Shown: positions 11,888 to 23,236 of the stretch, piece by piece
How the letters are laid out: each line of letters starts with the position of its first letter
Numbering within the stretch: the stretch's first letter is position 1
From: Flectonema sp. DT1601
Taxonomy: Eukaryota
DNA: 64,000 nucleotides
Direction: 5' to 3'
Assembly (NCBI GenBank): GCA_964019425.1
Contig: OZ025802.1
Span: forward strand, 62,001-126,000
Notes under the pieces: model-generated
What the model was told of the DNA's origin: nothing
Seen by the model: only the letters and a program-made list of their open reading frames with translations
Database searches by the model: none
Made by a program: the position numbers and the translations under genes

Positions 11888-12176
11888 TAACACAAAAGTG
11901 GAGTGGAAGTTATGAATCTCTGAAAAGAGATTCGACGACTCTGAATCAGAGCCTCCAGAATATTCGCAAGGGATGCACCATCGCCTCACAGTTTTAAAAT
12001 ATATTTTTGAAAAAAAAATAAATTAATAATAATGGAATAAAATATTTTCAAATCCAGTCATAGCCGAAGGGGGGATAATGATTTAGAAAATCAAACATCC
12101 CTTCCAAGTATGCGAGGCTTGGTATTATATTCCATTTTAGTTTAGTTTAGTTAGCAAAATACAAACTGATGACTAC

Positions 12177-13540
12177 GAGGGGTCTGGGTAGCCCGCATCA
12201 GTAAGGACCCAATCGCGAAGATTGTAGTTTCATAGTATTGGCTGGAAGCGATCGACTTCCAGCTTCCACCTTGCCCAGAGGCTAACAGGTTGTAAACAAC
12301 TAAAGAAAATAAAAGAGAAACGATCTGGGAGTGGGGGGAAGGTGAAAAAAAATAAAAAATCTTCTTTCTTTCATATACATCTTTCTTTATAATACGACCA
12401 TATGTGCCATATGCCCACACTCCACGAAAGAAAATAGAAAACCCCGGAACAGTACCGAGGATCGTTCTCCCCCAGTTGTCCAAAGCATTATAAGTGTACT
12501 GTGGGCTTACCGAAAAGCTTTAGAAATGTACCACAAAAGATTTGGGCAGCACATAGCCATATCACTCAGCAAGAAATGAAAACCAAAAGGATCAGGTAAG
12601 ATGACAGTCAGTTTAAGGTCATAACTGCGCCGGACCTTTTATGAATCATTATTTATCAAAGTCACAATAGTCAAATCACGGGAAAGATTCGCGTAACTAA
12701 CTACTAAGACTGAGAGTAATGAGTACAAACTATGAGCCTTAGTGATGCAATGAGGGTTCGGGTAGCCCGCATCAGTAAGAACCCAATCGCGAAAAGAGAA
12801 ATGATCTGGGAGTGGAGGGTGAAACTTTGAAAATGTAAAAAGAGTAACAACTTGAGGTATTAAAAAAATTAAACTAATTTACCAATTACTTGACTATGAA
12901 AATATTTGTAGTTGTTAATCAAAGAAAAATGATGTTTAGAAAAAAAGAAAATATAAAAAGGGAAATTATATTTTTTCCCCTCAAAATAAAAAGACAGTTC
13001 TCTTTATAGCTAGTTCGTAGCACACGACTAGCGGCGCACTCTTTTGTTAAAACAAAAAGTATAACGTTTCGAGGTTATTTTAAAGTTCATTAATGAGGGC
13101 AAGGGAGCAGGGGGAAATTTGAAATGATACGAAAAGATTTATCTGGGAAGAATACGGGGAAGGTGAAAAAAAAAATATAAAAAATCTTTTTTATTCCTAG
13201 CTTATGGGTCATAACTGCGCCAGATATTAAATCAATACTGATACACGTTGACTAAAGGTAATGTTAGTATAGGTAAACACTCTGCATATGATGGGAAACT
13301 AAAACCAGAAGTATAGTGTCATACGGCAGAGTGTAGGTTTCACCTATTTTTTTTTAAAAAAAAATGTTAGCTTACGCTGATTGTTCGCAGCAGGAGCACT
13401 CACCTTAAATAAATTAAGGTAGTATTATCCAGAATTCAGTTAGAAAAACATGAGGGGGGTGGCGTTGTTACTGTACTATCAAGCAAGGAGGGGTGAAACT
13501 TTGACAATGTAGAAACAGTAATAACTTTAGGTATTAAAAA
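12177..13540. repeat. Mosaic of degenerate dispersed-repeat fragments
   Basis: gggtagcccgcatcagtaag.acccaatcgcgaa near 12186 and 12760; gggtgaaactttga.aatgta near 12817 and 13492; gtcataactgc at about 11288, 12618 and 13208; 29-mer at 13247 shared with 45898. Confidence 0.65.
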
Positions 13541-13643
13541 AAAGATCAAAGAAAAGGTACGCTAAGAAAAATGAAAAAAACAAGGTGAGATAAAACAACT
13601 TGAACCCCAACACTATGTAATAAAAGGATAAGTCATCCGGACA

Positions 13644-14267
13644 CTAATAACCGAACGACATCGATCTTGAAACCATCCCTCTGGCAACTAAAATCTTTTC
13701 TAAAACCAAAAGTTCACTGCGAAAGTTTTTATTATACAATATGGGACCTCTTGCTTTTGCTACATTCGAATACGCAGCAGAAAGTGGCATCCCATACCAA
13801 ATCATAAGAACAGCTATTGCAGCAAGAGCAGTTCTATTTACACCAGCAACACAATGAATGAATACCCTTTTATCTTCTTTATCACAATATTCGAGAACAT
13901 CAACTGTCGTCGATAAGATTAACGGAAGAACTTCTTCGTAGGAATCTTCAATCGGACAAATAAATTGTTTCGCTCCGCTGATGTCAATCTTTTGTAATAA
14001 CTTTGGAGCGAGTTTACAATTATCGAGGGTGAGGATTACCTGGTGAACCTTTTCAATAATCCCAGACTGCATTCCAATATCAATCTTGTCAGTCAGCCTC
14101 GCAACACTTCCAGATCTGCAACTGAATAGTTCCGGAAACATACTAATTCCACCAACTTCAAGGGTGTTTGAATTTTCACTTATTTCCTTCGCAATCTCTA
14201 AAACTAATTCCCTAGAGACAGGTTTGTATGAATATCCATTACCGCTTTCTTCTACTGCGAGACACAT
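13644..14267 (-). CDS. Dual-specificity protein phosphatase
   Basis: PTP/DSP signature VFIHCVAGVNRT, general-acid loop PIEDS, C-terminal R.PILYN..FRSEL. Confidence 0.88.
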   Translation of the reverse strand: MCLAVEESGNGYSYKPVSRELVLEIAKEISENSNTLEVGGISMFPELFSCRSGSVARLTDKIDIGMQSGIIEKVHQVILTLDNCKLAPKLLQKIDISGAKQFICPIEDSYEEVLPLILSTTVDVLEYCDKEDKRVFIHCVAGVNRTALAAIAVLMIWYGMPLSAAYSNVAKARGPILYNKNFRSELLVLEKILVARGMVSRSMSFGY

Positions 14268-14772
14268 ATTGAGGTCAAGACTGTAAAAAAGTGAAAGCAA
14301 TAATTAGCAGTTAAACACATTAAAAAAAAACGAAAATCCACTAGTCGGATAAAACGCTCAATATTTCAGAAAGTGTAGAAATACTCAAAGCGTCAGGACT
14401 GCTACAGAGATGACGTCCATCCATATTCTAGTCTGCGGTAAGAACTAACAGTTGCTTAGAGAGACTGGGACACCACTCTCAATTAAATGATATTTGAACT
14501 ACTACAGTCAGTTCTACTGAAAGAAAAGAATTAGAAATTAATTATTTAATTCTAAACAATCTGATCTCAACGACTACTTTAATTACAATATTTTTAAAAA
14601 AGGTTTTTTGACACGAAAAACACTCCTCACGCTGATCGGATTACTTAAGTCCGATGGAGAGCAGCCTTTTGAAGACAAAGAAAATACAAACAAAAATATA
14701 TCAATTTATCTAATCTACGTAAATAATAATTTCGACTGAGATGGGTCGAGTAGTAGTAGTAAAGAAGGAGGT

Positions 14773-15282
14773 TTATGGTATCTGTTCAGTGAGCTTATTT
14801 AATACGACAGAAGACCTATTGAGAACATGCAGCTTGTTGCTAATGACATTTTGAGTCCTTTGAATCGAAGTAATGCAATCAAACGACTGATCAACTTCTT
14901 CACAGATTCCTGTGATTGAGTTCATAAAGTGATCAGCTGCAATCAAAGATGAATGATGACGAGCAGCACTCGAAGGTGATTGAAACCTTTGTTTTGAATT
15001 TCTTCTTTTAATAACACCTTCACCACCAGTGTGAACGAGTCTGCGTAGATCTTTCTCACTTGGCTGTCTTCTCTTGTGTGGTATTGGTGGAGTTATTTTT
15101 TTTCCAACATCATCACCAACCATTTGATTCAACACTTCAACAAGTATTTCATTCATCCTCCCCTGACGATGAGACATTGTTTCCATGGCATCATTATTAT
15201 CACTTACTAATAAATTAATATCATTTATGATCGAAGCAAACCTTTGAACATCTCTGTGAACGTTACCCCCGGGAGGGAGCAT
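14773..15282 (-). CDS. 169-aa hypothetical protein with short coiled-coil segments
   Basis: ATG in AAAATG context after a CAG acceptor-like site; no family recognised. Confidence 0.65.
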   Translation of the reverse strand: MLPPGGNVHRDVQRFASIINDINLLVSDNNDAMETMSHRQGRMNEILVEVLNQMVGDDVGKKITPPIPHKRRQPSEKDLRRLVHTGGEGVIKRRNSKQRFQSPSSAARHHSSLIAADHFMNSITGICEEVDQSFDCITSIQRTQNVISNKLHVLNRSSVVLNKLTEQIP

Positions 15283-15911
15283 TTTATATTTCCTGTCAAT
15301 TGATAAAAATAATTTTTTTTAATAGAAAAAAAAGACAAAACGGGATACTCTCTTTTACATGATGTGGAGAATAGTACTGTTTTTGAATAAATATATAAAG
15401 CAAAAAACTCACAGCTGTTTGAAATCTATTATCTGATGTAGTCAGTGCGGCAGAGTAGCCGCTGTCGTGGAGTTAGTGGTAGTGTTTTGGTTAAGAAACA
15501 CTTCTTTTTTGTAACAAAAAAAAAAAATAATAATAATAATAATAAATTTACTTTTGTGAAAAACACTTCACCCACTGCTTACAATTAGACGACAGCTAAA
15601 AGGGAACAGCAACATCGATAAATCTACTGAGCTGAGTTAAGTAAGATTTATTTAATTATTGACTCGGTGATAATTATAATTATACTCTCAACGTACAACA
15701 CACATCCACAGTCAGCATCTACTTCGAATAGTAACAACAGGTCGATTTGGATCAGAACAATTCCTGCCTTGCATCGCTTTACGGATGCTGTGCAGAGGGT
15801 AGTCGGAGAAAAGATTTTTTTTTTACAAAATTAATCAGCGAATACACCACAACCGTACCACTACTTAGGTAGCATTTAAGTCGTTTCTGCAACGGCCACA
15901 TCACCAGAATC

Positions 15912-16531
15912 TTATTCTGCCTCAGCTCCGACTTCGCTCAACCACCGAAGGCAATCGTATGTGATCCAGTGACGTGCTTGGTCCTGTTTTGAATTTAATT
16001 TTCATCTTTTATTGCGTAAGTAAAGTTTGAATGAATGGTAAAGTTCACATACGGGATTTGAGACATCTTTCCAAATTACAAATTGCTGATGGAATTTTCG
16101 AAACAGCACATCTTGATAACGACAGATTCCGTGAACCGATACCAGAAAGTTGTTACCGTCACCACCAGCTGGTTGGACGTCTAGTGTCTTAATTGTGTGT
16201 CTGGATGGAGGCCTGTTTTTTAGTTTTTATTTACTTTTTACACGTGGTGGTGGTAATAAAAATAAAACTAATTAACATACATATTATTTACTAAATTATT
16301 CACACCATCTCTATCCATTGCTTGACCATTCCATAAAACAGATGCGGTTGGGTGGTAGAGTCTCCACAGTTTACATTGTTGTACCATAGCACCTGTGTTT
16401 TCATCTTGAATCATTTCAGTTCTAGCGTCATCCCAAGTTTTGTAATAATGTTCAGCGAGTAGCTCTTTAGCTTCTCTGCAAGCAGTGGCAATCTTCGTGT
16501 TGTCGAACTTTTCGCAATTCAACGTCGCCAT
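15912..16531 (-). CDS. NXT1: NTF2-like nuclear export factor (NXT1/p15-like); exons 16531-16281, 16212-16053, 15983-15912
   Basis: Introns 16213-16280 and 15984-16052 (GTATGT..AACAG); joined protein has YYKTWD..R, LY...ASVLWNG, PPSRHTIKTLDVQP, FHQQFVI, WITYDCLRW, typical of NXT1. Confidence 0.8.
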
Positions 16532-16649
16532 TTTATTATAATCTGACAATACTTTACCTGAATTGAAGTAACAATATTCATCACATCATTTACTTTAAAT
16601 TATTTTATAAAAACCGCAAGCAGGCTGCAACTCAAAAAATGAAATTAGA

Positions 16650-16689
16650 AGAGAGTTCCCTCGGTCTGTAAAGGCCGAGGGAACTCTCT
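16650..16689. other. Strong intergenic hairpin
   Basis: AGAGAGTTCCCTCGG / CCGAGGGAACTCTCT perfect 15-bp inverted repeat around TCTGTAAAGG. Confidence 0.75.
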
Positions 16690-16770
16690 GATAGAATCCG
16701 TCCAACTGTTGGTAGTCAACTAGTGAATGTTGGTGTAAATAAAATTTCTGCTTTACTTGGCTCTGTTCGA

Positions 16771-17481
16771 CTACGAGGCCTCATAAAAATGTAATCTCGC
16801 GCACGCAGTCATCGGGGACGTCAGAGAAATCAGTTTTCGGTGAATTTGCTTTCTTTCATTGTGGAGAGAGAAGATACCAACAAAAGTAGCGATAACACGA
16901 CGAATATCTTGTGGTAGACAGTGGAGAGATGATTCTGAAGTAAAGAGGAAACGAGACCACGTGCAGAGTGTCTGACAAACTACTTCACGACGAGACAACA
17001 ACTCAACAATCAGTTCATCGAATGCCATCGCTTCCTTCCAGGGTCTCGTATTCCACAAGTGATCAACTTGTTCTATAGCAACTCTGGTTAGTATTTCTCG
17101 TGTCGATTGAAGTCCTTCATCACTCGCAACGATTACTGTTGGTCTGACAACACAAGTACTAATCATACCAACATCATTATTATTATCTTCGCTATCACTT
17201 TCTGCTCTCACTGACGGCTCTGTTACTGGGTTGTGAATACTGCTTAAATCTACCGACAGATATGCTTCTCTCATCCAAGATGCTTCCATGTTGCTTCGCT
17301 TATTTTTAAACCATCTCAATAAACTAGATGGCGATAAGTTACAACTACACCTAACACAGTAATCCTCCTTGTCGTTATTGTTGGTGCTACTCTTGACATC
17401 GTCCAGTACTTTTCTTGCTGTCGAATACGCTGCTCCGCGACCCTTCTTTGCGAGTCTCCCTCGTCTTACTCCTTGCGGCAT
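16771..17481 (-). CDS. Hypothetical protein (about 236 aa) with a C-terminal F-box-like LPQDIRRVIATFV motif
   Basis: Long ORF on the cluster strand; first ATG at 17481. Confidence 0.65.
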   Translation of the reverse strand: MPQGVRRGRLAKKGRGAAYSTARKVLDDVKSSTNNNDKEDYCVRCSCNLSPSSLLRWFKNKRSNMEASWMREAYLSVDLSSIHNPVTEPSVRAESDSEDNNNDVGMISTCVVRPTVIVASDEGLQSTREILTRVAIEQVDHLWNTRPWKEAMAFDELIVELLSRREVVCQTLCTWSRFLFTSESSLHCLPQDIRRVIATFVGIFSLHNERKQIHRKLISLTSPMTACARLHFYEAS

Positions 17482-17854
17482 GTGGATTGGTAGCACATAT
17501 TGGGTTCTGTTGTTTATTATTATTATATCAAACTAATTAACTATTCAAATAGAGATCACTTCCTGTCGTCTCATTCATTTTTATATCTGCGAATAGAATT
17601 AATAATGAATTGAAGCCTTCTTCTCTTGGTTATCAAAACTACTGACGCTCTTCCCGCACATGGTGATGCGGGAAAGATAAACCAAAGGGAGATAATAACG
17701 GGGCGGGATTGGGGAGTTCAGGTCTTTCAGTTGTTGTTCTCGTTAGAAGAAGTCAGGCTTTCCTTTTTTCTTGTTTTGATTATCGGCATTTGATAAACGA
17801 CACAGTTCAGGCAGCCATTCTTCAAACGTAAAGACCTTTTAATAAATACTTAAC

Positions 17855-18187
17855 TTAGATGGAGCTTCCCAACTTCTTCATCACCTTACCCAACTTCATT
17901 GCGACGTCAGTGTCTCCGTCAAGCTCAATCTTTCCCTCCATGAACAGACCCATAGGATCGGCCTTTCCTCCGGCCAACTCAACGAAAACAGCCTCGTCCA
18001 TCTTGAATGAAGCGGCGGCGTCCTCACACTTTCCCTTGTAGGCCTTGCATGCCTTCAAGTCAATCACGTATGAAACACCAGTGTCTGGGAACTCGTAGGT
18101 GATGATCTCGTTAACCATCTTGGCGGCCTCCTTACCAACTGAGGTGTTGAGGGCTGCGGACATCTTCTGGAAGATTGCGTCGGCCAT
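17855..18187 (-). CDS. Stand-alone SCP2 sterol-carrier protein, array 1 copy 1 (C-terminus SSI)
   Basis: SCP2 motifs YVIDLK, FVELAGGKADPMGLFMEGKIELDGDTDVAMKL. Confidence 0.9.
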   Translation of the reverse strand: MADAIFQKMSAALNTSVGKEAAKMVNEIITYEFPDTGVSYVIDLKACKAYKGKCEDAAASFKMDEAVFVELAGGKADPMGLFMEGKIELDGDTDVAMKLGKVMKKLGSSI

Positions 18188-18677
18188 TTTAGATTAAAGT
18201 GGTGAGTGAGCTGATAAATGCTGAGAGAGGGAATGATAGATAAACAAGTCGGAAATACAACAACTGAAATGAAGCACTCCGATAACCACGTCAAGAATTC
18301 TCCAGTCTATCTTCATTCGTACATTCTGAAGAAAGTAAATAAAATACATCTCAAGGAAGCTGTTCAATTCCATCAACTAAAACTCTTGAGAGGTGGTGTG
18401 CCTACTCCAAGAACAATAAAAGCAGCTCAAATAATATAAGAACGACACTTTTAACAATAGTTGTTCACGCACACAGAGAATAACGAGAATAAAAAGTTTT
18501 GACTTTACTTTTCACAATAAAAAAACCGATTTCCAAACCACAAAAGACACCTACTCAGCTTATCTAAAATTGAAATTTCAGAACTGGTTTCCTTCTTCAG
18601 TAATCAGATAGGTGTAGTTATGGTATTTCACACCAAATAATCTTTCAAACTAAAAAATATTCACCATTGTCGACCAT

Positions 18678-19010
18678 TTACATTGAGCTTCCCAACTTCT
18701 TCATCACCTTACCCAACTTCATTGCGACGTCAGTGTCTCCGTCAAGCTCAATCTTTCCCTCCATGAACAGACCCATAGGATCGGCCTTTCCTCCGGCTAA
18801 CTCAACGAAAACAGCTTCGTCCATCTTGAATGAAGCGGCAGCGTCCTCACACTTTCCCTTGTAGGCCTTGCATGCCTTCAAGTCAATCACGTATGAAACA
18901 CCAGTGTCTGGGAACTCGTAGGTGATGATCTCGTTAACCATCTTGGCGGCCTCCTTACCAACTGAGGTGTTGAGGGCTGCGGACATCTTCTGGAAGATTG
19001 CGTCGGCCAT
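18678..19010 (-). CDS. SCP2, array 1 copy 2 (C-terminus SSM)
   Basis: Identical protein except the last residue. Confidence 0.9.
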   Translation of the reverse strand: MADAIFQKMSAALNTSVGKEAAKMVNEIITYEFPDTGVSYVIDLKACKAYKGKCEDAAASFKMDEAVFVELAGGKADPMGLFMEGKIELDGDTDVAMKLGKVMKKLGSSM

Positions 19011-19297
19011 TTTAGATTAAAGTGGTGGATGAAGATAAGAAGCTGTTGAGGTGAGAAAGTGAGAAGTCTGACTACCAACACGGAAACCAATCGACTCAAT
19101 ACAAACACATCACTTGTGGTTAGAGTGATGTCTACCAGCTACTGGTATTGGATTGCTAAAGGGAGGAGGTCACACAAAGAGACTCATCAAATGTGAAAAG
19201 GTCGTCACATTTTATTTTGCAGGGATGAAGACATTCATTGCGTCACTCAAATGACACTGCGACTGACTTAATAATATCAGAAAGTGTTCTTTACTAC

Positions 19298-19317
19298 GAG
19301 AGGTGGTGTACCTACTC
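19298..19317 (-). promoter_or_regulatory. Conserved 20-nt bulged hairpin (GAGUAGGUACACCACCUCUC on the coding strand); representative of 12 copies starting at 18388, 19298, 19989, 20685, 21542, 23117, 23855, 31828, 32720, 33460, 34192, 34932
   Basis: Present in every SCP2-to-SCP2 spacer except the sulfatase-derived one, including largely unalignable spacers; flanking bases covary. Confidence 0.7.
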
Positions 19318-19416
19318 GATTCAGACTCCAGCACTTGAAGTCCTCAACTTCGAATCTCAAAATATAATTCAATTCCTCATTGCCTTATTTCAGTGATGCG
19401 CAACTTAAAAGATTTA

Positions 19417-19749
19417 TTAGATGGAGCTTCCCAACTTCTTCATCACCTTACCCAACTTCATTGCGACGTCAGTGTCTCCGTCAAGCTCAATCTTTCCCTC
19501 CATGAACAGACCCATAGGATCGGCCTTTCCTCCGGCTAACTCAACGAAAACAGCTTCGTCCATCTTGAATGAAGCGGCAGCGTCCTCACACTTTCCCTTG
19601 TAGGCCTTGCATGCCTTCAAGTCAATCACGTATGAAACACCAGTGTCTGGGAACTCGTAGGTGATGATCTCGTTAACCATCTTGGCGGCCTCCTTACCAA
19701 CTGAGGTGTTGAGGGCTGCGGACATCTTCTGGAAAATTGCGTCGGCCAT
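19417..19749 (-). CDS. SCP2, array 1 copy 3
   Basis: Identical 110-aa protein. Confidence 0.9.
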   Translation of the reverse strand: MADAIFQKMSAALNTSVGKEAAKMVNEIITYEFPDTGVSYVIDLKACKAYKGKCEDAAASFKMDEAVFVELAGGKADPMGLFMEGKIELDGDTDVAMKLGKVMKKLGSSI

Positions 19750-20167
19750 TTTAGATTAAAGTGGTGAGTGAAGATAAAAAGCTGTTGAGGGGAGAAAGTG
19801 AGAAGTCTGATTACCAACACGGAAACCAATCGACTCAATACAAACACATCACTTGTGGTTAGAGTGATGTCTACCAGCTACTGGTATTGGATTGCTAAAG
19901 GGAGGAGATCACACAAAGAGACTCGACAAGACTGAAAAGGTCGCTACATTTTTAATACTTCATCAGCAGTAGTAAGCATCTCAATTATGAGAGGTGGTGT
20001 ACCTACTCAAAAACATAAAAGAAGCACCCTAAGAGTTTAGGACTACGACAGCTGTTGTTTATAAAAGTATAGCAACTACTACATTATCAAAACACATCAC
20101 AGAATCCGAATATAAATAATTTCTGAAATCAATCGCATTCCACTTCGACCTGATAACTGTTCCTCAT

Positions 20168-20500
20168 TTAGATGGAGCTTCCCAACTTCTTCATCACCTT
20201 ACCCAACTTCATTGCGACGTCAGTGTCTCCGTCGAGCTCAATCTTTCCCTCCATGAACAGACCCATAGGATCGGCCTTTCCTCCGGCCAACTCAACGAAA
20301 ACAGCTTCGTCCATCTTGAATGAAGCGGCGGCGTCCTCACACTTTCCCTTGTAGGCCTTGCATGCCTTCAAGTCAATCACGTATGAAACACCAGTGTCTG
20401 GGAACTCGTAGGTGATGATCTCGTTAACCATCTTGGCGGCCTCCTTACCAACTGAGGTGTTGAGGGCTGCGGACATCTTCTGGAAAATTGCGTCGGCCAT
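20168..20500 (-). CDS. SCP2, array 1 copy 4
   Basis: Identical 110-aa protein. Confidence 0.9.
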   Translation of the reverse strand: MADAIFQKMSAALNTSVGKEAAKMVNEIITYEFPDTGVSYVIDLKACKAYKGKCEDAAASFKMDEAVFVELAGGKADPMGLFMEGKIELDGDTDVAMKLGKVMKKLGSSI

Positions 20501-20921
20501 TTTAGATTAAAGTGGTGGATGAAGATAAGAAGCTGTTGAGAGTGACAATAAGTTTCACAATAACCTACAACTATAACTATTAATGCAAACAAACTCATAG
20601 CGCTATTTGATCTGTTTTGAAATAATGGATCACAAAGAATATCACAATCATAAGTAGAGTTCAACAAAAACAAAAGAACACAGAGAGAGGTGGTGTACCT
20701 ACTCTCTAGATAAAAGTGAACGTGAGGGGAAATACTTCAATGATTTCCTTACTGTCGATTAGCTGCTTTCTTATAATCAAATCGAAGGTGACGATATCCT
20801 CAAGTTATTTGGGTGACGTACCACAACAGATACTTTGAGAGGTCATCAAGTACTGATAATCTCAAAATATAATTCAATTCCTCATTGCCTTATTTCAGTG
20901 ATGCGCAACTTAAAAGATTTA

Positions 20922-21254
20922 TTAGATGGAGCTTCCCAACTTCTTCATCACCTTACCCAACTTCATTGCGACGTCAGTGTCTCCGTCAAGCTCAATCTTT
21001 CCCTCCATGAACAGACCCATAGGATCGGCCTTTCCGCCGGCCAACTCAACGAAAACAGCTTCGTCCATCTTGAATGAAGCGGCAGCGTCCTCACACTTTC
21101 CCTTGTAGGCCTTGCATGCCTTCAAGTCAATCACGTATGAAACACCAGTGTCTGGGAACTCGTAGGTGATGATCTCGTTAACCATCTTGGCGGCCTCCTT
21201 ACCAACTGAGGTGTTGAGGGCTGCGGACATCTTCTGGAAAATTGCGTCGGCCAT
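20922..21254 (-). CDS. SCP2, array 1 copy 5
   Basis: Identical 110-aa protein. Confidence 0.9.
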   Translation of the reverse strand: MADAIFQKMSAALNTSVGKEAAKMVNEIITYEFPDTGVSYVIDLKACKAYKGKCEDAAASFKMDEAVFVELAGGKADPMGLFMEGKIELDGDTDVAMKLGKVMKKLGSSI

Positions 21255-21660
21255 TTTAGATTAAAGTGGTGGGTGAAGATAAGAAGCTGTTGAGGGGAGA
21301 AAGTGAGAAGCCTGACTACCAACACCAAAACCAATCGACTCAATACAAACACATCACTTGTGGTTAGAGTGATGTCTACCAGCTACTGGTATTGGATTGT
21401 TAAAGGGAGGAGATCACACAAAGAGACTCATCAAATGTGAAAAGGTCGTCACATTGTATTTTGCAGGGATGAAGACATTCATTGCGTCACTCAGATGACA
21501 CTGCGACTGACTTAATAATATCAGAAAGTGTTCTTTACTACGAGAGGTGGTGTACCTACTCGATTCAGACTCCAGCACTTGAAGTCCTCAACTTCGAATC
21601 TCAAAATATAATTCAATTCCTCATTGCCTTATTTCAGTGATGCGCAACTTAAAAGATTTA

Positions 21661-21993
21661 TTAGATGGAGCTTCCCAACTTCTTCATCACCTTACCCAAC
21701 TTCATTGCGACGTCAGTGTCTCCGTCGAGCTCAATCTTTCCCTCCATGAACAGACCCATAGGATCGGCCTTTCCTCCGGCCAACTCAACGAAAACAGCCT
21801 CGTCCATCTTGAATGAAGCGGCGGCGTCCTCACACTTTCCCTTGTAGGCCTTGCATGCCTTCAAGTCAATCACGTATGAAACACCAGTGTCTGGGAACTC
21901 GTAGGTGATGATCTCGTTAACCATCTTGGCGGCCTCCTTACCAACTGAGGTGTTGAGGGCTGCGGACATCTTCTGGAAAATTGCGTCGGCCAT
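21661..21993 (-). CDS. SCP2, array 1 copy 6
   Basis: Identical 110-aa protein. Confidence 0.9.
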   Translation of the reverse strand: MADAIFQKMSAALNTSVGKEAAKMVNEIITYEFPDTGVSYVIDLKACKAYKGKCEDAAASFKMDEAVFVELAGGKADPMGLFMEGKIELDGDTDVAMKLGKVMKKLGSSI

Positions 21994-22144
21994 TTTAGAT
22001 TAAAGTGGTGAGTGAGCTGATAAATGCTGAGAGAAAATGAGGTCAAGAGAACGGGTACAGAAATATTACTTCTTCTGCGTACGAGGTAAAAGGTGTAAAT
22101 AGCAAGAACAAAACAAAATAAGAAAGTTTAAACGACAACAGTGT

Positions 22145-22532
22145 TTAAGTGTTCCATCCCTCAACTACTTCTGTGAGATAATTTCGACTCTCAATGAGAA
22201 TCTGATTGTAAGAGGAGTCACCAGCAACACTTCTTTGATACGCAGGAAGATCAAAATTAGTTCCAACATCAGTCGTTAGATTATATAGTTCCTCCCCTCC
22301 GATCTCAGATAGATTTGGTCTAAGTGTTGTAGTATTCCAAGAAAACCAAGCAGTGTATCGATAATTAGAAGTACGCATTGTGTATCCCATAAAAGACATG
22401 TTTGTTTGTGGAGTAGTGACGCAGGCATTAGCGTTGCACATTTTCCAACCAGACTTCGTGATATTACAATCACATCTTGCGATCTAACTGTAAGCTCTCT
22501 TTTCACTCAGAGCTGGATTATCGAAGACAGGA
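22145..22532 (-). pseudogene. Duplicated 3' fragment of the sulfatase gene
   Basis: Near-identical to 24460-24850; its downstream spacer (21994-22144) also matches 24307-24459; lacks the catalytic N-terminal part. Confidence 0.9.
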
Positions 22533-22827
22533 ACTTCATTGCGACGTCAGAGTCTCCGTCGAGCTCAATCTTTCCCTCCATGAACAGAGCCATAGGATCG
22601 ACCATTCCTCCGGCCAAATTAATGAAAACAGCCTCGTCCATCTTTAATGAAGCGGCGGCGTCTTCACACTTTCCCTTGTAGGCCTTGCATGCCTTCAAGT
22701 CAAACACGTATGAAACACCAGTGTCTGGGATTTCGCAGGTGATGATCTCGTTAACCATCTTGGCGGCCTCCTTACCAACTGAGGTGTTGAGGGCTGAGGA
22801 CATCTTCTGGAAAAATGCGTCGGCCAT
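22507..22827 (-). pseudogene. Diverged, 3'-truncated SCP2 copy fused out of frame to the sulfatase fragment
   Basis: About 12 amino-acid changes versus the other copies; SCP2 sequence ends at ...VAMK (junction 22532/22533) and reads into sulfatase DNA (FLSSIIQL-stop). Confidence 0.8.
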
Positions 22828-23236
22828 TTTAGATTAAAGTGGTGGGTGAGTTGATAAGAAGCTGTTGAGGGGAGAAAGTGAGAAGTCTGACTACCAACAC
22901 GGAAACCAATCGACTCAATACAAACACATCACTTGTGGTTAGAGTGATGTCTACCAGCTACTGGTATTGGATTGTTAAAGGGAGGGGATCACACAAAGAG
23001 ACTCATCAAATGTGAAAAGGCCGTCACATTTTATTTTGCAGGGATGAAGACATTCATTGCGTCACTCAGATGACACTGCGACCGACTTAATAATATCAGA
23101 AAGTGTTCTTTACTACGAGAGGTGGTGTACCTACTCGATTCAGACTCCAGCACTTGAAGTCCTCAACTTCGAATCTCAAAATATAATTCAATTCCTCATT
23201 GCCTTATTTCAGTGATGCGCAACTTAAAAGATTTGA

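Noticed and set aside
11666..11997. ORFs encoding (MRV)n, (HHT)n and (SHA)n
   Set aside because: Artefacts of the stop-free 9-bp tandem repeat
19298..19317. Iron-responsive element
   Set aside because: No CAGUGN loop or C bulge on either strand; only the general shape is similar
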